Shown: piece by piece, positions 17,674 through 26,524 of the stretch | How positions within the stretch are numbered: position 1 is the first letter of the stretch | Layout of the letters: each line of letters opens with the position of its first letter | Assembly (NCBI GenBank): GCA_041476545.1 | Contig: JBGOTP010000001.1 | Location: 1-59,711, forward strand | Length of the DNA: 59,711 bases | Source of the DNA: Vicinamibacteria bacterium | GTDB taxonomy: Bacteria; Acidobacteriota; Vicinamibacteria; Vicinamibacterales; CAVVIG01 | Direction of reading: 5' to 3' | Made by a program: the position numbers and the translations under genes | The notes under the pieces: model-generated | The model's database searches: none | What the model was told of the DNA's origin: nothing | The model's input: only the letters and a program-made list of their open reading frames with translations

Positions 17674-17710
17674 GCTCTCAGCTATCGGCTCTCAGCGCTC
17701 AGCCGTCAGC
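17674..17710. repeat. GCTCTCAGC-TATCG-GCTCTCAGC-GCTCAGC-CGTCAGC repeat
   Basis: Read directly. Same 9-5-9 architecture as 1568-1590. Spans the stop codon of chorismate mutase. Confidence 0.7.
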
Positions 17711-18001
17711 GTTCTCCGCTTCGCCGTCTCCATGAACGACTCGCCGCTCGAGGCGGCGCGCCTCGTCGATGATCCGCTCGAACAGTCTCCCGATCGCGTC
17801 GGCGCCGAGCGGTCCCTCTCCCGCGATCTCGCGGACGTGTCTGAGCACGTCCTTTTCTCGATCGGGCTGATACACCTCAACGCCCTGGGCTTTCTTTAGC
17901 TCTCCTACGGCACACACGCACCGGGCGCGCTCGTTGAGCAGGCGCACCAGCACTTCATCCACACGGTCGATGTCGCGTCGCAAATCGTCGAGCGTGGCCA
18001 T
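17699..18001 (-). CDS. Chorismate mutase (AroQ class)
   Basis: Starts at the internal MATLDDLRRDIDRVDEVLVRLLNERARCVCAVGELK, 6 nt after the trpA stop. R..ID..D..L..LL..R is the AroQ signature. Confidence 0.85.
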   Translation of the reverse strand: MATLDDLRRDIDRVDEVLVRLLNERARCVCAVGELKKAQGVEVYQPDREKDVLRHVREIAGEGPLGADAIGRLFERIIDEARRLERRVVHGDGEAENADG

Positions 18002-18006
18002 GTGTG

Positions 18007-18813
18007 TTATGTCCGTCGGACCGGGCACGCGTCTCGCAGCGATCGCGCGTACGCCTCGACCCGATCGATGAGCCCGGGCGACCCGCTCGCCTCGGCAATG
18101 AGTGACACCAGGGCGCTGCCGACCACGGCAGCATCAGCGTATGCGCCCACTTCAGCCACGTGCGCAGGGCGCGAGATACCAAACCCCAGCGCAATTGGCA
18201 GCGTCGTGCACGCGCGGATGCGACGCACCATGGCCTCCGCGCCAGCGGCGACGCTGTCCCGCGCACCCGTGACGCCAAGTCGCGAGATCGCGTAGAGGAA
18301 TCCGCGACCAAGCTCGGCGGCCTTCCGAATCCGCGCGTCAGTCGTCGTCGGGCTCAACAAGAATATGGTATCGAGTCCCGCGGACGCGAGCGACTCGCGG
18401 AAGTCTCCCGCCTCTTCGATAGGCAGGTCGAGCGCCAGCACGCCGTCGACCCCGGCAGCCGCCGCACGCCGCGCAAACTCGCCGACGCCCATCCGCAATA
18501 GCGGATTCGCGTAACTGAACAGCACAATCGGCGCCTTGACGGCGCCTCGTACGCCTTCCACGAGCGCCAGCGCCGCCCGCAAACTGCCGCCGGCCGCCAA
18601 GGCGCGTTCGGTTGCCCGCTGGATGACGGGCCCATCCGCCAGTGGATCCGAAAACGGCACGCCCATCTCGAGCACATCGGCGCCCCCGCGATCCAGCGCC
18701 TTGAGGATCTCGGCCGCGCGCGGCAGATCGGGATCACCGGCCGTCGTGAACGTCACCAAACCGGTCCGCCCCTCGCCGCGGAGGCGAGCAAATGTTTCGT
18801 CGATGCGGCTCAT
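18007..18813 (-). CDS. trpA: Tryptophan synthase alpha chain
   Basis: Starts at the internal MSRIDETFARLRGEGRTGLVTFTTAGDP. Also contains GADVLEMGVPFSDPLADGPVIQ. Confidence 0.92.
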   Translation of the reverse strand: MSRIDETFARLRGEGRTGLVTFTTAGDPDLPRAAEILKALDRGGADVLEMGVPFSDPLADGPVIQRATERALAAGGSLRAALALVEGVRGAVKAPIVLFSYANPLLRMGVGEFARRAAAAGVDGVLALDLPIEEAGDFRESLASAGLDTIFLLSPTTTDARIRKAAELGRGFLYAISRLGVTGARDSVAAGAEAMVRRIRACTTLPIALGFGISRPAHVAEVGAYADAAVVGSALVSLIAEASGSPGLIDRVEAYARSLRDACPVRRT

Positions 18814-18864
18814 GCTAGCGACATTCTTCACCACAGAGGACACAGTGGACACAGAGGCAAAACC

Positions 18865-20073
18865 TCATGTGGTGATTATTTCTTTTCCAAGGTATTTCTC
18901 CACGGTGTGCACGTCCTTATCCCCGCGGCCAGACAGATTGACGAGCACGATCTTCGAAGGGTCGAGATCCCGCGCCACCTTCTGCGCATGGGCGATGGCA
19001 TGCGACGATTCCAGTGCCGGCAGAATGCCCTCCCGCCTGGCGAGCGCCTGAAATGCCGTCAGCGCCTCGGCGTCGCTCACATGCGCGTACGACGCGCGCC
19101 CCATGCCTCTCAGCCAGGCATGTTCCGGTCCGACCGCTGCATAGTCCAGTCCCGCCGAAATCGAATGCGTCGCTTCAATGTTCCCATCGTCGTCCTGGAG
19201 CACGAACGTGCGCGTGCCCTGGAGCACGCCCATACTGCCGCCGGCGAACCGCGCCGCGTGCCGGCCACGGACGATCGCTTCGCCGCCGGCTTCCACACCC
19301 ACCAACTGCACGCTCGTATCGTCCACGAAGGCGTCAAAGATCCCCAGGGCATTGCTGCCGCCACCGACACATGCGACGACGACGTCGGGGAGACGACCGA
19401 CGTGATCGAGCATCTGCGCGCGTGCCTCGCGGCCGATCACGGATTGAAATTCCCGCACCATCAGCGGATACGGATGAGGGCCGAGCACCGAGCCTAGGAG
19501 ATAGTACGTGTCGCCGACATTCGTCACCCAGTCCCGCATCGCTTCGTTGATGGCGTCCTTCAACGTGCGGCTCCCTGCATCAACGCCAATGACCTCGGCA
19601 CCAAGCAGACGCATGCGAAAGACATTCAGCGCCTGGCGCGCCATGTCTTCGGTCCCCATGTAGACGTGGCACTCGAGCCCAAGTAGTGCACATGCGGTCG
19701 CGGTGGCGACGCCGTGCTGCCCCGCTCCCGTCTCGGCAACAATCCGCCGCTTGCCCATCCGGACGGCAAGAAGCGCCTGACCGATGGCGTTGTTGATCTT
19801 GTGCGCGCCGGTATGCGTGAGATCCTCTCGTTTGAGGAAGATCCTGGCGCCGCCCGAGGCCTCGGTCAGCCTCGCGGCCTCCCACGTTGGCGTCGGCCTG
19901 CCGACGTAGTGCTTCAGCAGTCGATCGATCTCGGCTTGAAAAGCGGCCTCATCCCGTGCCGCGAAGTACGCGCGTTCGAGATCTTCAACCGGTGCGACCA
20001 GCGTTTCGGGCACGAAGCGACCACCGAATTCACCGAAATAGCCGTGCGCGTCCGGATCTCTTCTGTGAATCAC
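18865..20073 (-). CDS. trpB: Tryptophan synthase beta chain
   Basis: GTG at 20073 overlaps the trpF TGA (GTGA). [35 protein letters not shown] reject the upstream 65 codons of the track ORF. Confidence 0.92.
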   Translation of the reverse strand: MIHRRDPDAHGYFGEFGGRFVPETLVAPVEDLERAYFAARDEAAFQAEIDRLLKHYVGRPTPTWEAARLTEASGGARIFLKREDLTHTGAHKINNAIGQALLAVRMGKRRIVAETGAGQHGVATATACALLGLECHVYMGTEDMARQALNVFRMRLLGAEVIGVDAGSRTLKDAINEAMRDWVTNVGDTYYLLGSVLGPHPYPLMVREFQSVIGREARAQMLDHVGRLPDVVVACVGGGSNALGIFDAFVDDTSVQLVGVEAGGEAIVRGRHAARFAGGSMGVLQGTRTFVLQDDDGNIEATHSISAGLDYAAVGPEHAWLRGMGRASYAHVSDAEALTAFQALARREGILPALESSHAIAHAQKVARDLDPSKIVLVNLSGRGDKDVHTVEKYLGKEIITT

Positions 20074-20693
20074 TTCTTTGCACCTACTGCGTCGAACAGC
20101 GCCCTCATCTTCTCGTGATCCTTCACGCCCGGCGTTCGCTCCACACCCGACGACACATCGATCCCGAACGGCCCGACCTGCTCTACCGCCTCTGCGACGT
20201 TCCCGGCCGTCAGGCCTCCAGCCAGCCACACGCGCCGGGTTCGCGCGAGCATCGCAGCCGCGGCCCAATCACCCTTCATTCCCGTCCCTCCCCGGCGAAC
20301 CGGATCGTGCGCGTCGACAAGCCACGTCGTGTCCGCGGGCCACTCCCCGAATATCGATTGACCGGCGGTGAGGCTCGCGGCCTTGATCACCGGCAGCCTT
20401 ATCGACGCCGCCATGTCCGGCGTTTCGTCGCCGTGCAGTTGCACATGGGTCAGCCCGGCCGCGCGAGCCACTTGATTCACGTGGGCCACCGTTTGATTCA
20501 CGAAGACACCGACTTTCATCACGGACGCCGGCAGCGACTCGACGATCGCTCGCACGTGATCGGGATCGACATACCGCGGGCTCTCGGGCCAGAACACGAA
20601 CCCGATCGCGTCGGCGCCGCATTCCACCGCCGCCTCCGCATCGACGAGACTCGTGATGCCGCAGATCTTTACCAGCATCAGGCTTGTATCCAT
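20070..20693 (-). CDS. trpF: Phosphoribosylanthranilate isomerase
   Basis: [10 protein letters not shown]...GADAIGFVF...SPRYV. The start may be ATG 20678 instead. Confidence 0.9.
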   Translation of the reverse strand: MDTSLMLVKICGITSLVDAEAAVECGADAIGFVFWPESPRYVDPDHVRAIVESLPASVMKVGVFVNQTVAHVNQVARAAGLTHVQLHGDETPDMAASIRLPVIKAASLTAGQSIFGEWPADTTWLVDAHDPVRRGGTGMKGDWAAAAMLARTRRVWLAGGLTAGNVAEAVEQVGPFGIDVSSGVERTPGVKDHEKMRALFDAVGAKK

Positions 20694-20739
20694 CGCTGAG
20701 CGAACACAATGGACACCGACGACACAAAGAAAGGTCTTG

Positions 20740-21576
20740 TCACTCGGTGTCCGCCGTGGTGATTCGGCTCTCGGACAACAACACCCGCAGCGCTTGGCCC
20801 GGATCCGCTTCCCCCATGAATCGTTCGCCGATGAGAAACGCGTGATAGCCGAGCGACGAGAGGCGCATCAGATCGCCGGCCGTCTTCAAGCCGCTCTCGC
20901 TCACCGCACTCACTCCGGCCGGCATGCGCGCCACCAGCGCCTCTGATGCGTGAACGTCGACCTGCAGTGTTCGCAGATTCCGATTGTTCACGCCGATGAT
21001 GCCGGCACCGGCGCCAAGCGCCACACTCAATTCCTCGTCATTGTGCACCTCGACGAGTGTATCCAGGCCGAGTGCCGCTGCACGTCCAGCCAGTCGCCGC
21101 AGTTCCTCCGGCGACAGCGCGGCCACGATCAGCAGGACCGCGTCGGCGCCGTTCGCCCGCGCTTCCAGAAGCTGGTACTCGGACACGATGAAATCTTTTC
21201 GCAGCAGCGGCGTGGCGACCGCGCCGCGCACCGCCCGCAGATCGTCGAGCGATCCGTCGAAAAAGGTCGGTTCTGTGAGTACCGAAATGGCGGCCGCACC
21301 GGCTGCGGCATAGCCGCGCGCGATCGACACGGGATCGTAGTCCTTGCGAATGACGCCGCGCGACGGCGACCGCCGTTTGCACTCCGCAATCACGTTGACG
21401 CCGCCCTTGCGATCGAGCGCCGCACGAAACACGCCGGGACGGGGCGTCCGCTCCTCCGCCCGCCGCGCAAGCGCGTCCATCGACTCCCGCGCTTCCCGCA
21501 CTTCAACGATGCGGCGCGTTGCCGCGACAATGGCTTCGAGGAGGTCCGCCCCCGAGGCGACGCCAGGACTGCTCAT
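20740..21576 (-). CDS. trpC: Indole-3-glycerol-phosphate synthase
   Basis: VIAECKRRSPSRG, LRKDFIV..YQ..EA, GVNNRNL. Confidence 0.92.
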   Translation of the reverse strand: MSSPGVASGADLLEAIVAATRRIVEVREARESMDALARRAEERTPRPGVFRAALDRKGGVNVIAECKRRSPSRGVIRKDYDPVSIARGYAAAGAAAISVLTEPTFFDGSLDDLRAVRGAVATPLLRKDFIVSEYQLLEARANGADAVLLIVAALSPEELRRLAGRAAALGLDTLVEVHNDEELSVALGAGAGIIGVNNRNLRTLQVDVHASEALVARMPAGVSAVSESGLKTAGDLMRLSSLGYHAFLIGERFMGEADPGQALRVLLSESRITTADTE

Positions 21577-22655
21577 GTGCCCGCCCCCGCGCTCCCGCGA
21601 CCAGGACTCGCGCCTGGCTGCGTATCAGTGCCGGCGCGTCGCTCCTCAATCGACGACAGTGATGCCAACTGATCGAGGGTGCGGCGCGCACCCCCCGAAT
21701 CGATGGCCTCCGCTGCGCGCACGATGCCGTCCTTGATGGATGGTGCGGTGCCGGCAATGAAAAGCGCGGCCCCCGCATTCAGCAGAACGACGTTGCGCGC
21801 GGCGCCGGCTTCGCCGGCTAGAACTCTCTCGATGATGCCCGCATTCTCCCGCGCGTCTCCGCCCTTCAGCGATGCCAGTGGGACCTTGGGCATGCCGACA
21901 TCGCCGGGGTGCAGATAGAAGGTGTGGACCGCGCCCGCGCGACACTCGGAGATCTTCGTATAGCCGGTCGTCGAGATCTCGTCGATGCCGTCGGCCCCAT
22001 GAACCACCCACGCCCGATCGGACCCGAGCAACATGAGCGCCCGCGCCAGCAACTCGGTCAACTCGGGTCGCGGTACACCCACGAGCTGCCGTGTCGCGCC
22101 CGCCGGATTCGTGAGCGGGCCGAGCAGATTGAAGGCGGTCCGGACGCCGAGCGCTCGGCGCGCGCCCGCCGCATGGCGCATCGACGGATGGAACGTCGGC
22201 GCAAAAAAGAATCCGAGGCCCGCCTCATCGAGGCATCGCTCAACGCCGGCGGGCGACGCAGACACCTTCACGCCAAGCGTTTCGAACACGTCCGCGCTGC
22301 CCGACAGGCTCGACACCGATCGATTGCCGTGCTTTGCCACGCGTACACCGCAGGCAGCGACGACGACCGCGACGCAGGAGGAAATATTGAACGTCCCTGA
22401 ACGATCGCCTCCGGTCCCGCAGCAGTCGAACACGGGATCGTGCCGGCGCGACAGCTGCACCGCGTGCGCGCGCATGGTCCGCGCCAGGCCGACGATTTCG
22501 GTCGGCCGCTCGCCCTTCATCGCCAGGCCGATGAGGAATCCCGCAATCTGCGCGTCGGACGCGCGCCCTTCCATCACGTCGGCCATGGCGGCCGCCGCCT
22601 CCTCGCTCGTGAGGTCTTCGCGGCGCATGAGCGTTTCAATCAGGGCCGGAAACAT
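21573..22655 (-). CDS. trpD: Anthranilate phosphoribosyltransferase
   Basis: Starts at the internal MFPALIETLMRREDLTSEEAAAAM, 2 nt after the trpG stop. CGTGGD, KHGNR. ATGA overlap with trpC. Confidence 0.92.
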   Translation of the reverse strand: MFPALIETLMRREDLTSEEAAAAMADVMEGRASDAQIAGFLIGLAMKGERPTEIVGLARTMRAHAVQLSRRHDPVFDCCGTGGDRSGTFNISSCVAVVVAACGVRVAKHGNRSVSSLSGSADVFETLGVKVSASPAGVERCLDEAGLGFFFAPTFHPSMRHAAGARRALGVRTAFNLLGPLTNPAGATRQLVGVPRPELTELLARALMLLGSDRAWVVHGADGIDEISTTGYTKISECRAGAVHTFYLHPGDVGMPKVPLASLKGGDARENAGIIERVLAGEAGAARNVVLLNAGAALFIAGTAPSIKDGIVRAAEAIDSGGARRTLDQLASLSSIEERRAGTDTQPGASPGRGSAGAGT

Positions 22656-22657
22656 GC

Positions 22658-23242
22658 CTAATCCTGGCGTCCCTCGAGGAAGTTGCGAAGAATGTGATGT
22701 CCCTCGGCCGTCAGCACCGACTCGGGGTGAAACTGGACACCGGAGATCGGCAACGTGCGATGACGCAACCCCATAATGATGCCGTCGCCCTGCGTGCGGG
22801 CGGTGATTTCCAGGTCTGCGGGAAAGCCGTCCTCGGAGACGACGAGCGAGTGATAGCGCGAGGCGACGAATGGCTCGGCGATCCCGGTGAACAGGCCTCG
22901 TCCGTTGTGTTCGATCACCGACGTCTTTCCGTGCATGGGAACGGGGGCCCGGACGACTTGACCGCCGAAGACCGCACCAATCGCCTGATGCCCCAGGCAC
23001 ACGCCCAGGATCGGCGTCCGCTGCCCCAGCCTCCGAATCATCTCCATCGTCACGCCCGCATCTTCGGGACGGCCCGGTCCTGGTGAGATGACGATGTGCT
23101 CCGGACGGCGCAACGCAATAGCATCAACGGTCGCGGCATCGTTGCGAACAACGCTGACGGTCGCTCCGAGCTCGCCCAGATACTGGACGAGGTTATAGGT
23201 GAACGAGTCGTAGTTATCCAGGACGAGGACCATACCGAACAT
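22658..23242 (-). CDS. trpG: Anthranilate synthase component II (glutamine amidotransferase)
   Basis: MVLVLDNYDSFTYNLVQYL, GVCLGHQ, FHPES. Start at ATG 23242 or 23233. Confidence 0.92.
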   Translation of the reverse strand: MFGMVLVLDNYDSFTYNLVQYLGELGATVSVVRNDAATVDAIALRRPEHIVISPGPGRPEDAGVTMEMIRRLGQRTPILGVCLGHQAIGAVFGGQVVRAPVPMHGKTSVIEHNGRGLFTGIAEPFVASRYHSLVVSEDGFPADLEITARTQGDGIIMGLRHRTLPISGVQFHPESVLTAEGHHILRNFLEGRQD

Positions 23243-23251
23243 CTTCCTTCT

Positions 23252-23344
23252 GGCAGGGCTGAAGCCCTGCACTACTTTCGCTGACCCGGTCGCAACGCAG
23301 GCCATTTCGCTGACCCGGTCGTAGTGCAGGCCTTCAGGCCTGCC
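23252..23344. repeat. 93-bp inverted-repeat (MITE/REP-like) element between trpE and trpG
   Basis: 24-nt arm GGCAGGGCTGAAGCCCTGCACTAC (23252-23275) and its inverted copy with 2 mismatches (23321-23344). Internal 16-nt direct repeat TTTCGCTGACCCGGTC (23276-23291, 23305-23320). Each arm is itself a hairpin. Confidence 0.8.
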
Positions 23345-24809
23345 AATTCTGCGCGAGCTCGAGCGCCCGCAGCAGCGCGCGCGCCTTGTCGCGCGTTTCC
23401 TGGTATTCAGCCGATGGATCCGAATCCATCACAATGCCGGCGCCAGCTTGCACGTACGCCTTGCCGGCCGACATGATGACCGTGCGGATCGCGATACAGA
23501 AGTCCAGATTGCCCGCGAAATCCAGATAGCCGACGGCGCCCGCATAGAGCCCGCGGCCGGACGGCTCGAGCTCGTGAATGATCTGCATCGCCCGCACTTT
23601 TGGCGCGCCCGAGACCGTGCCGGCTGGGAAGCACGACACCAGCGCATCGAGGCGGTCGCTGCCCGAAGCCAGACGTCCTTCGACAATCGAGGTGAGGTGC
23701 ATCACGTGTGAGAAGCGCTCGATGCCCATGAACTGGGACACGGTGACCGAGCCGAACTCACACACCCGGCCGATATCGTTCCTCCCGAGGTCGACAAGCA
23801 TCAGGTGCTCGGCGCATTCTTTCTGGTTGTGCGCCAGCTCCTCGGCCAGCCTCGCGTCTTCTTCGTTTGTCTTTCCGCGCGGGCGCGTGCCGGCGATCGG
23901 ATGCGTCTCAACGCGCGTACCCTCGACGCGCACGAGCATCTCGGGCGACGAGCCGACAACCGACACGCCGCCCATCCGGATGAAATACATGTACGGCGAC
24001 GGATTCACGTGCCTGAGCGCGCGATAGACCGTGAACGGATCCGCCGACACGTCGGCCTCGAACCGCTGCGACAGCACGACCTGGTAGACGTCGCCGGCGG
24101 CGATGTGCTCTTTGGCCGCCCGCACGTGCGCTTCGAATTGCTCGCGGGTCTGATTGGACCACACATCGAGCACGGTGGACGCCTCGGTCCTCGCCGTCGA
24201 CAGGCTTCTCTCGAGCTCTCGTTCGAGAAACTGGATTTTCGCGCACGCAAACTGATAGAGCGACTCCAGATCGTCGTCTACCGACACTCGCGCGTTGGCG
24301 ATGATGAGAATCCGATGCTGGACGTGATCGAATGCCAGCACCGTATCGAACAGCATGAAGCCCGCCTCGTCGGCGCCATCGGCTCCCGTCCCGAGATCGC
24401 CCAGCACGGGCTCGAACCACGAGGCGGCCCCGTACCCCAGATATCCCACCGCGCCGCCGGTGAACCGCGGCAGGTCCGGCACGGCCGGGGATCGGAAGTC
24501 CGTCATCAACCCGCGCAGCGTCTCGATGAAGGGCCGATCGCTCGTCGTCACCGCGCCGCCGCGCTCGAGTGTGATCGCACCGTCTCGCGCGCGCAGCACC
24601 AGAAACGGATCTTTGCCCAGGAAGGAATATCGCCCGACATGCTCGCCACCTTCGACACTCTCGAGCAGAAAGGCATAGTCCGCGTTCTCGGCGATCTTGA
24701 GGAAGGCCGAAACCGGCGTAAGCAGATCCGCGACCAGTTCCTTGCAGACCGGCACGAAGGTGCCGCGCGTCGCGAGGTCCTTGAATGTTTCAAACGAGGT
24801 GATGTTCAT
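23334..24809 (-). CDS. trpE: Anthranilate synthase component I
   Basis: Starts at the internal MNITSFETFKDLATRGTFVPV. Chorismate-binding core (GDVYQVVLSQRF, GAVGY). Overlaps the aroD/E stop by 20 nt. Confidence 0.92.
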   Translation of the reverse strand: MNITSFETFKDLATRGTFVPVCKELVADLLTPVSAFLKIAENADYAFLLESVEGGEHVGRYSFLGKDPFLVLRARDGAITLERGGAVTTSDRPFIETLRGLMTDFRSPAVPDLPRFTGGAVGYLGYGAASWFEPVLGDLGTGADGADEAGFMLFDTVLAFDHVQHRILIIANARVSVDDDLESLYQFACAKIQFLERELERSLSTARTEASTVLDVWSNQTREQFEAHVRAAKEHIAAGDVYQVVLSQRFEADVSADPFTVYRALRHVNPSPYMYFIRMGGVSVVGSSPEMLVRVEGTRVETHPIAGTRPRGKTNEEDARLAEELAHNQKECAEHLMLVDLGRNDIGRVCEFGSVTVSQFMGIERFSHVMHLTSIVEGRLASGSDRLDALVSCFPAGTVSGAPKVRAMQIIHELEPSGRGLYAGAVGYLDFAGNLDFCIAIRTVIMSAGKAYVQAGAGIVMDSDPSAEYQETRDKARALLRALELAQNWQA

Positions 24810-26274
24810 CGATCGCAAACTCCGCAAGCCGCTCGATTGCCGCCGCCCGCATGACGCCCTCCGCCGGCCGGGCGCCCGTCCACCATTGAAACTGTTCCTC
24901 CGCTTGCGCGACCAGCATGTCGAGGCCGCCGATTGTCTGACAGCCCGCCGCGGCCGCGTCGCGCAGCAGTCGCGTTGCCTGTGGGTTGTAGACAAGGTCG
25001 TACACGACGCGCCCCGTCAAGAGCTCTGCCGGCACCGGCGTCTCGTCAATTTTTGGATGCATGCCGATGGGCGTGCAGTTGACCAGCAGATCCCAGCTGC
25101 CTGGTTCGGGTGGCCAGACGCCGACGTCACCCGACACCATGGCGGCCACTTCCTGCGCGCGCGATCGGGCTCGCGCATGCACGCGGACCGTGGCGCCACT
25201 CGAGGCGAGTCCGACGGCAACAGCCCGTGCCGACCCGCCAGCGCCAAGAACGGACGCACGCATTCCGCTCACCTGGATACCGAGATCCTGAAGAGGCCGA
25301 AGAAATCCGTTGGTGTCCGTGTTGCCGCCAATCCATCGGCTGTTGACCACGCGAATGGTGTTGATGGCCCCAATCCGACGCGCGATCGGGTCCGCCTCGT
25401 CCACTCGCTCGAACAGCGACACTTTGAAGGGAATCGTCACGCTCGCGCCCTTGACGCCGAGTGCGCGCGCGAACGTCACGAAATCGTCGGGATCGGCGGC
25501 GGGCATCGGCAGGTACACCGCGTCGACGCCGGCAGCCTTGAACGCGGCATTGTGCATCGCCGGAGACACGGAGTGCGAAATCGGCGAACCGGTCAGACCG
25601 TAGATGCCGGTCGCTTCTGTCACGGCGCGAAAGCGGTATTCGTGGAGCAGGCGTTTCGGGCTCACCTGCCCCACGTCGCCCATCGCACCGGCGTAGGTCC
25701 ATGCGGATCCGAACCGCTCGGCGAGCACGCGCGTTGCGATGCCCTGTTCTCCCATGGCGATGAGGACCAGCATCCCGTCGCCCTTCATCGCACCACCGAG
25801 ATCCATGAGTGGCAGACAATCGCTCAAGCGGTTGGCCTTCACCGCGATCTTGATGACCGCGGCGCCCGTCTGCCGCATCGCGCGCGCACGGTCGGCCAAA
25901 TCCGCGGGCACGCCCTGGAAGTCGTGCATTGAGAGCACGGTGCGCCGGCCGTAGGCCCTGGTAATCGCGCCACTGAACGCCGCGCGCCATTCGACATCCA
26001 CGTATTCGGCGCCGCAGGCCAGGGCTTCCTCGATCAGCGCACGACGCGCCTCTTCGGATCCCGAACACTGCCCGCCTTCCCACGCCGGCCGGCAGGTGAC
26101 GATCACGGGCCGCGTCCGGTCTGCGAGTGCCTCGCGGACACTTGGATCGCGTACCGAGTCCAGACGCAGCTCGACGAGATCGGCGCCGCCCGTGCTCGCG
26201 GCAGCATCGCGGCGACGGCGAAGCTCCGCCGTCGTGGGCGCCGTGACGGTCACACAGACCAGGGGTTTAGGCAT
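24790..26274 (-). CDS. aroDE: Bifunctional 3-dehydroquinate dehydratase (type I) / shikimate 5-dehydrogenase
   Basis: 494 aa. N-terminal half: VCVTV...VELRLD...IVTCR (AroD type I). C-terminal half: GSPISHSVSPAMHNAAF...LGAGGSARA (AroE). Confidence 0.88.
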   Translation of the reverse strand: MPKPLVCVTVTAPTTAELRRRRDAAASTGGADLVELRLDSVRDPSVREALADRTRPVIVTCRPAWEGGQCSGSEEARRALIEEALACGAEYVDVEWRAAFSGAITRAYGRRTVLSMHDFQGVPADLADRARAMRQTGAAVIKIAVKANRLSDCLPLMDLGGAMKGDGMLVLIAMGEQGIATRVLAERFGSAWTYAGAMGDVGQVSPKRLLHEYRFRAVTEATGIYGLTGSPISHSVSPAMHNAAFKAAGVDAVYLPMPAADPDDFVTFARALGVKGASVTIPFKVSLFERVDEADPIARRIGAINTIRVVNSRWIGGNTDTNGFLRPLQDLGIQVSGMRASVLGAGGSARAVAVGLASSGATVRVHARARSRAQEVAAMVSGDVGVWPPEPGSWDLLVNCTPIGMHPKIDETPVPAELLTGRVVYDLVYNPQATRLLRDAAAAGCQTIGGLDMLVAQAEEQFQWWTGARPAEGVMRAAAIERLAEFAIDEHHLV

Positions 26275-26279
26275 TAGTC

Positions 26280-26317
26280 AAAAAAAAAGCCTCTTCAACC
26301 GGTAGGCTGAAGAGGCT
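26280..26317 (-). terminator. Intrinsic terminator/attenuator hairpin with U-tract
   Basis: Minus strand AGCCUCUUCAGCC-UACC-GGUUGAAGAGGCU (13 bp, one G.U) followed by a U-run to 26280. Ends 5 nt before the aroD/E ATG. Confidence 0.75.
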
Positions 26318-26339
26318 GGGAACATCGTTGTGCAGTGGC

Positions 26340-26399
26340 TCAGGCCAAGGCAGACGCCTCTTCAGAAGTGTTCCAATACCACCACGCCGCTGGACGCAC
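26340..26399 (-). CDS. Candidate Trp leader peptide (19 codons; alternative GTG at 26453 gives 37)
   Basis: GTG MRPAAWWYWNTSEEASALA TGA, with TGG TGG TAT TGG at 26384-26373. Lies between the promoter-like element and the terminator. Confidence 0.55.
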   Translation of the reverse strand: MRPAAWWYWNTSEEASALA

Positions 26400-26462
26400 G
26401 GCCGCCCGGCTTGGGGAACTTGTCGAGCTGGCAAACGAAAAGGCCTTCTGCACTCGGGAAGG

Positions 26463-26492
26463 ACAATACCAGAGCGTGATTCAGCCTGTCAA
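26463..26492 (-). promoter_or_regulatory. Candidate sigma70-type promoter TTGACA-18 nt-TATTGT for the aro/trp operon leader
   Basis: Minus strand TTGACA (26492-26487) and TATTGT (26468-26463). Confidence 0.45.
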
Positions 26493-26524
26493 TCCACGTC
26501 AGTCGGCTCGTCGGGCTGCACCCG

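Noticed and set aside
18865-24995. N-terminal extensions of track ORFs for trpB (to 20268), trpD (to 23000), trpG (to 23305) and trpE (to 24995).
   Set aside because: The extensions overlap the preceding gene in another frame and are Arg-rich. Conserved N-termini begin at internal ATG/GTG codons placed 2 nt from, or overlapping, the upstream stop codon.
23805-25932. Plus-strand ORFs 23805..24854 (349 aa) and 24697..25932 (411 aa).
   Set aside because: Antisense to trpE and aroD/E, with a His/Arg/Gly-rich composition.
26280-26317. Interpretation of the hairpin plus U-tract as merely the terminator of the 784-aa ORF.
   Set aside because: It lies more than 200 nt past that stop and downstream of a promoter-like element. 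Its 5' arm has an exact alternative partner inside a Trp-rich mini-ORF. It may still also stop read-through from upstream, so this reading is not fully excluded.
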